From Bdellovibrionota bacterium (GTDB lineage Bacteria > Bdellovibrionota_C > UBA2361 > OMIW01), in the NCBI GenBank assembly GCA_044345055.1, contig JBIJBT010000090.1:1-10066 (forward strand): DNA of 10,066 nt, read 5' to 3'. The notes under the pieces were generated by a model, which was given only the letters and a program-made list of their open reading frames with translations, was not told the DNA's origin and did not search any database. This document shows, piece after piece, positions 6,746-10,066 of this stretch (position 1 is its first letter; each line of letters opens with the position of its first letter). The position numbers and the translations under genes are program-made.

Positions 6746-8080
6746 ATGAGTACTGATCTCGGGGATGGTGATGTTGCGGTTATTGGAGGAGGAATCGCGG
6801 GGCTTTCCTGTGCCTGGGAGCTTGTTTCGCGCGGTTGGACGGTTCGCCTCTTTGAGCCTGGTGTCGTAGGAGGACTTATTCGCTCAACGCGAGTAGGGGG
6901 CTATCTCGTGGAGCAGGGGCCTAATGTGCTACTTGGAAAAAAACCGCTCGTTGATTTTCTCGGTCGAGTGGGTCTCGCTGGTGAGATTTTAAATCCAATT
7001 ATACCTAACTATCGACAATACGTTTGGAATGGTACACAGCCGGTCGCCGTCCCTCGGGGGCCCGCTGCGCTTGTGACGAGCTCACTCGCGACGATGACGG
7101 AGAAGGTTGCTCTTCTTAAGGGGGTGTTTAGCCGCGGGGCATTAGTGCCAACGGCCGAAGATATGTCAGTTCAGCAGTATCTTTCGCCAGTTTTTGGTGA
7201 GCGTATAGTGCGGCATATCGCGGATACAACCCTCAAGGGAATCTATGGAGGAGTGGTGGAGCGGCTTTCGGCACGCTCGCTCTTTCCCGGATTGTGGGAT
7301 GCAGGCGGACGAGGGCTCTCATTCATGCAGTATGCAAAGGAGAAGCGAGCCGCTTTTGGAGCGCCCTCGATCCTCACGATGCGTGGCGGCAATCAGCTGT
7401 TGGTTGATCGACTAAAGCAGCTACTTGGCAACACAATTGTTTCATCGGCGGTAGAAGGGATATCACCTCAGCGCGACGGCTTTATGCTTTCCACAAGCAG
7501 CGGAGAGGAATGCTTCGTGAACGGTGTGGTTGTTGCGTGTCCTGGTTTTGCGGCGGCCCATTTGGTGAAGTCGTGTCATCCCTCTGCAGCTGCGGCGCTC
7601 GGTTCTGTACAGCGAGCACCACTTGTCGTAGTTCATATCGCCGCACCGTGGTCGGCAGGATCACTTCCAGAAAAGGGGTTTGGAGTTTTATTTCCTCGCG
7701 GCGAACCATCGCATCTCCTCGGTGTGATGTTTAACTCTGCAATATTTCCGCAGTATGGCTCGTCGGAGGGGCACCTTTTAACGGTGTGTCTTGGGGGTGT
7801 TGGAGGTGAGGGGATACTTGATGAGGATGATGCGAAGATAGCAGATCGGGCGTCAAGACTTATCGAGCGGCGGTTGAATCTCAAAAGCCTTAATCCTCTT
7901 ATGGTGACACGTTGGCCTGCTGCCATTCCGCAGTATGCGATTGGCCACTGGAGAGTTTGTGACGCAATAGCCGAGATGGAGCGGGAGTATCCTCGATTAC
8001 GGTTCATCGGCGCAGAGCGGGGAGGTATTGGTGTTGCGGATAGAGTTGCCGAAGCAATTCGTGTCGCACAGCTGGTGTGA
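6746..8080 (+). CDS. hemY: HemY-type FAD-dependent protoporphyrinogen/coproporphyrinogen oxidase
   Basis: Contains the FAD fingerprint VAVIGGGIAGL, GGLIRS, EQGPN, GIYGG..LS, GFGVLFP, LGVMFNSAIFP and RWPAAIPQY. It is adjacent to ferrochelatase. ATG 6746 (AGGA at 6737-6740) is preferred over TTG 6731. Confidence 0.93.
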   Translation: MSTDLGDGDVAVIGGGIAGLSCAWELVSRGWTVRLFEPGVVGGLIRSTRVGGYLVEQGPNVLLGKKPLVDFLGRVGLAGEILNPIIPNYRQYVWNGTQPVAVPRGPAALVTSSLATMTEKVALLKGVFSRGALVPTAEDMSVQQYLSPVFGERIVRHIADTTLKGIYGGVVERLSARSLFPGLWDAGGRGLSFMQYAKEKRAAFGAPSILTMRGGNQLLVDRLKQLLGNTIVSSAVEGISPQRDGFMLSTSSGEECFVNGVVVACPGFAAAHLVKSCHPSAAAALGSVQRAPLVVVHIAAPWSAGSLPEKGFGVLFPRGEPSHLLGVMFNSAIFPQYGSSEGHLLTVCLGGVGGEGILDEDDAKIADRASRLIERRLNLKSLNPLMVTRWPAAIPQYAIGHWRVCDAIAEMEREYPRLRFIGAERGGIGVADRVAEAIRVAQLV

Positions 8081-8165
8081 CGAGTGGTGCCGTATTGTAT
8101 TTCGTCTAGTTTTTAGGCATCAGGCGTTTCACTAAATAAGCAAAGAACGGAAGCGGAAATTTATT

Positions 8166-9266
8166 ATGGTTGGAAACTTTGGTTGTCGTCCGCACGGCGA
8201 AAAAATAGGAATTCTTCTTGCCCAGCTCGGTACGCCCGATGAGCCGACAACGGCGGGGCTTAGGCGGTATCTTGGGCAATTTTTAGCCGATCCACGGGTC
8301 ATCGAAGTGAATCGGATCTTGTGGTGGCTATTACTGAACGGAATCATTCTGCGCACGCGGCCGCGTCGTTCGGCAGAGGCGTATAGACGAATCTGGACAC
8401 CGGAGGGTTCACCGCTGTTAGTGACATCGCGAGCGCAAGCAGCGGGGCTGCAAGAGAGGCTGACTCGCCGATGTGGGGAATCTGCTCCCGTTGTCGTGCT
8501 GGGGATGCGATACGGTAATCCATCGTTAGCCTCTGCACTTGATGAGCTTGAGCGTGCGGAGTGCACTCGGGTGTTAGTTTTTCCTCTATATCCTCAGTAC
8601 GCGGCTGCTACCACTGCGTCTACCTACGATGAGGTATTTCGGCTACTGCTGAAACGTCGCTGGGTGCCCACAGTGTCGGTCATTGAACCTTACTACAGAC
8701 ATCCAGCGTATCTGTCGGCATTAGCAACCTCGGTAACTGAAGGTATCGCCGCGCTTCCCTTTGAGCCAGAAATGCTGCTCGTTAGTTATCACGGCGTTCC
8801 GGTTCGATACGTTCGTTCGGGGGACCCCTATTGTTGTATGTGCACCGAGACGACCCGTCTTTTGAAGGAACGGATCTCTTTCCCCGCTGATCGCATCGTT
8901 CAAACTTTTCAGTCTCGATTTGGACCGGAACCGTGGCTCACTCCTTATACCGATGAATCGGTGGAGCGGTGCGCTGAGCATGGGATTAAGCGGCTTGCGG
9001 TTGTTTGTCCTGGCTTTGCAGCTGATTGTCTTGAGACGATCGATGAGATCGGCAACGAGGCGCGCCACGCATTTCAGGAGAAAGGTGGTGAGGAGTTGGC
9101 GCTGGTGCCGAGTGTAAACGCTAATCCCGCATGGCTCGATGCAATGGCGACAATTGTCACAGAGGCGATCTCGCCCTGGTTAGATGCGCGACCAGCGAGT
9201 GTGGCTTGCACAGCGGAACGGTGTCCCGCGAGTCAGAAGCTCATTTCGCTCGGATCAGGCCGGTAA
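8166..9266 (+). CDS. hemH: Ferrochelatase (proteobacterial protoporphyrin-type)
   Basis: Contains LGTPD, YLGQFLADPRV, GSPL, GMRYGNPS, PLYPQY, SYHG, FQSRFGPEPWLTPYT and PGFAADCLETIDEI. Confidence 0.98.
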   Translation: MVGNFGCRPHGEKIGILLAQLGTPDEPTTAGLRRYLGQFLADPRVIEVNRILWWLLLNGIILRTRPRRSAEAYRRIWTPEGSPLLVTSRAQAAGLQERLTRRCGESAPVVVLGMRYGNPSLASALDELERAECTRVLVFPLYPQYAAATTASTYDEVFRLLLKRRWVPTVSVIEPYYRHPAYLSALATSVTEGIAALPFEPEMLLVSYHGVPVRYVRSGDPYCCMCTETTRLLKERISFPADRIVQTFQSRFGPEPWLTPYTDESVERCAEHGIKRLAVVCPGFAADCLETIDEIGNEARHAFQEKGGEELALVPSVNANPAWLDAMATIVTEAISPWLDARPASVACTAERCPASQKLISLGSGR

Positions 9267-9287
9267 TTGGGGATATTTTAAGAAATT

Positions 9288-9321
9288 GGTGGGGGAACTA
9301 TAGATTCCAGTTGCCCCCCCA
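9288..9321. terminator. GC-rich hairpin between convergent hemH and nuclease genes; likely (bidirectional) terminator
   Basis: GGGGG-AACT (9291-9299) pairs with AGTT-g-CCCCC (9309-9318). On the minus strand it is followed by an AT-rich tail (ACCAATTTCTT). Confidence 0.5.
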
Positions 9322-9328
9322 GCCCGCA

Positions 9329-10066
9329 TCACCCCTCTCGCACCCCAACCCCGACCTCCTTCCCGCGAAACACAATTGCCCACTGGACCACTCGCGAGCA
9401 TCCCCGTGCTTGCAGCTCGGCGCCGTACTTTTTCTCTTGCATCTGCCGATGGGCGCTCTCGAGAGTTTCTTCGATTGTGCTGTCTTTTGAGACTATCTTG
9501 AACTCTATCACCACTCCGGGATATCGCGTTGGATCTCGCGGCTCTACCATTACATCGTATCGCCCGTAGCCGCTTTCGCGGTTACTCCGGACCTCGTGGG
9601 TCGCGTTTAGATACACGAGCATTCCGATGACAAATGCGTGGTAGAACGATTCTGCCTTGTCGGCAGTTACATCGTGAAAGCTCAATGTATTGGTGACAAG
9701 CTCTCGGAAGGGGCGTTCGAACCGCTCTTGATCGCCCTGTACTAACCCATCTAGCATATCGGCAACGCGTGTGTCGCTGCCGACGCGGCGTTCGGTCCAG
9801 TCGCGGACTAATATCTCGTATGCACTTTTTACCTCTTCATTTGGAAGCCGAAGCTCGGCGGTGAGAACTCGGCCATGCATAACCGGGCGGGTTTTTGGAG
9901 AGAGGTAACCCGAGTAGAGAAGAAAGCTCCAGATATCTGTCGGACGAATACCACCTGAATGATACGAGACGTGGTCATCAATCGTCCTCTCAATTCCCTC
10001 CCCCTGCAACAACCCCTCAAGCTCGCGGTGCAAAATCCCATCACCATCTGCAATAGCTTTCCCCAA
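9329..10066 (-). CDS. AAA-ATPase-like / PD-(D/E)XK nuclease family protein (PDDEXK_9-type C-terminus), 3' part; start lies beyond the window
   Basis: Contains WSFLLYSGYL, LRLPNEEV, SFHD, ESFYHAFVIGML, SNRESGYGRYD, VIEFK and QMQEKKY, which are characteristic of this family. The frame is open to the window edge, so the listed 'M' is not a true start. Confidence 0.92.
   Translation of the reverse strand: MGKAIADGDGILHRELEGLLQGEGIERTIDDHVSYHSGGIRPTDIWSFLLYSGYLSPKTRPVMHGRVLTAELRLPNEEVKSAYEILVRDWTERRVGSDTRVADMLDGLVQGDQERFERPFRELVTNTLSFHDVTADKAESFYHAFVIGMLVYLNATHEVRSNRESGYGRYDVMVEPRDPTRYPGVVIEFKIVSKDSTIEETLESAHRQMQEKKYGAELQARGCSRVVQWAIVFRGKEVGVGVREG

Noticed and set aside
5366..10053. Small alternate-frame or antisense ORFs over serA, hemY, hemH and the nuclease gene
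   Set aside because: They largely or wholly overlap conserved genes and have no recognisable domains.

Overview
Bacterial chromosomal window, mostly housekeeping genes. From left to right: the 5' part of an IHF-alpha/HU-family gene (minus strand, truncated by the window and absent from the ORF track); a divergent gene for a degenerate HDOD-like protein; a large SNF2-family helicase (minus); and a co-oriented run of serA, hemY-type oxidase and ferrochelatase (hemH). The window ends in the 3' part of a convergent AAA-ATPase-like/PD-(D/E)XK nuclease gene. The least ordinary part is the ~780-bp non-coding gap 4685-5461. It holds a 219-bp element with nested inverted repeats and attC-like ends that abuts the apparently truncated 5' end of the SNF2 gene, a recombinase-core-like palindrome, several direct repeats and a second foldable module. 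No integrase, transposase or RT is in the window, so the role of this gap is inferred, not shown. Smaller points: a Cys-rich ferrochelatase (possible Fe-S type), a possibly leaderless serA and a strong-SD uORF over the hemY start. All calls come from reading motifs by eye; no searches or folding programs were run.
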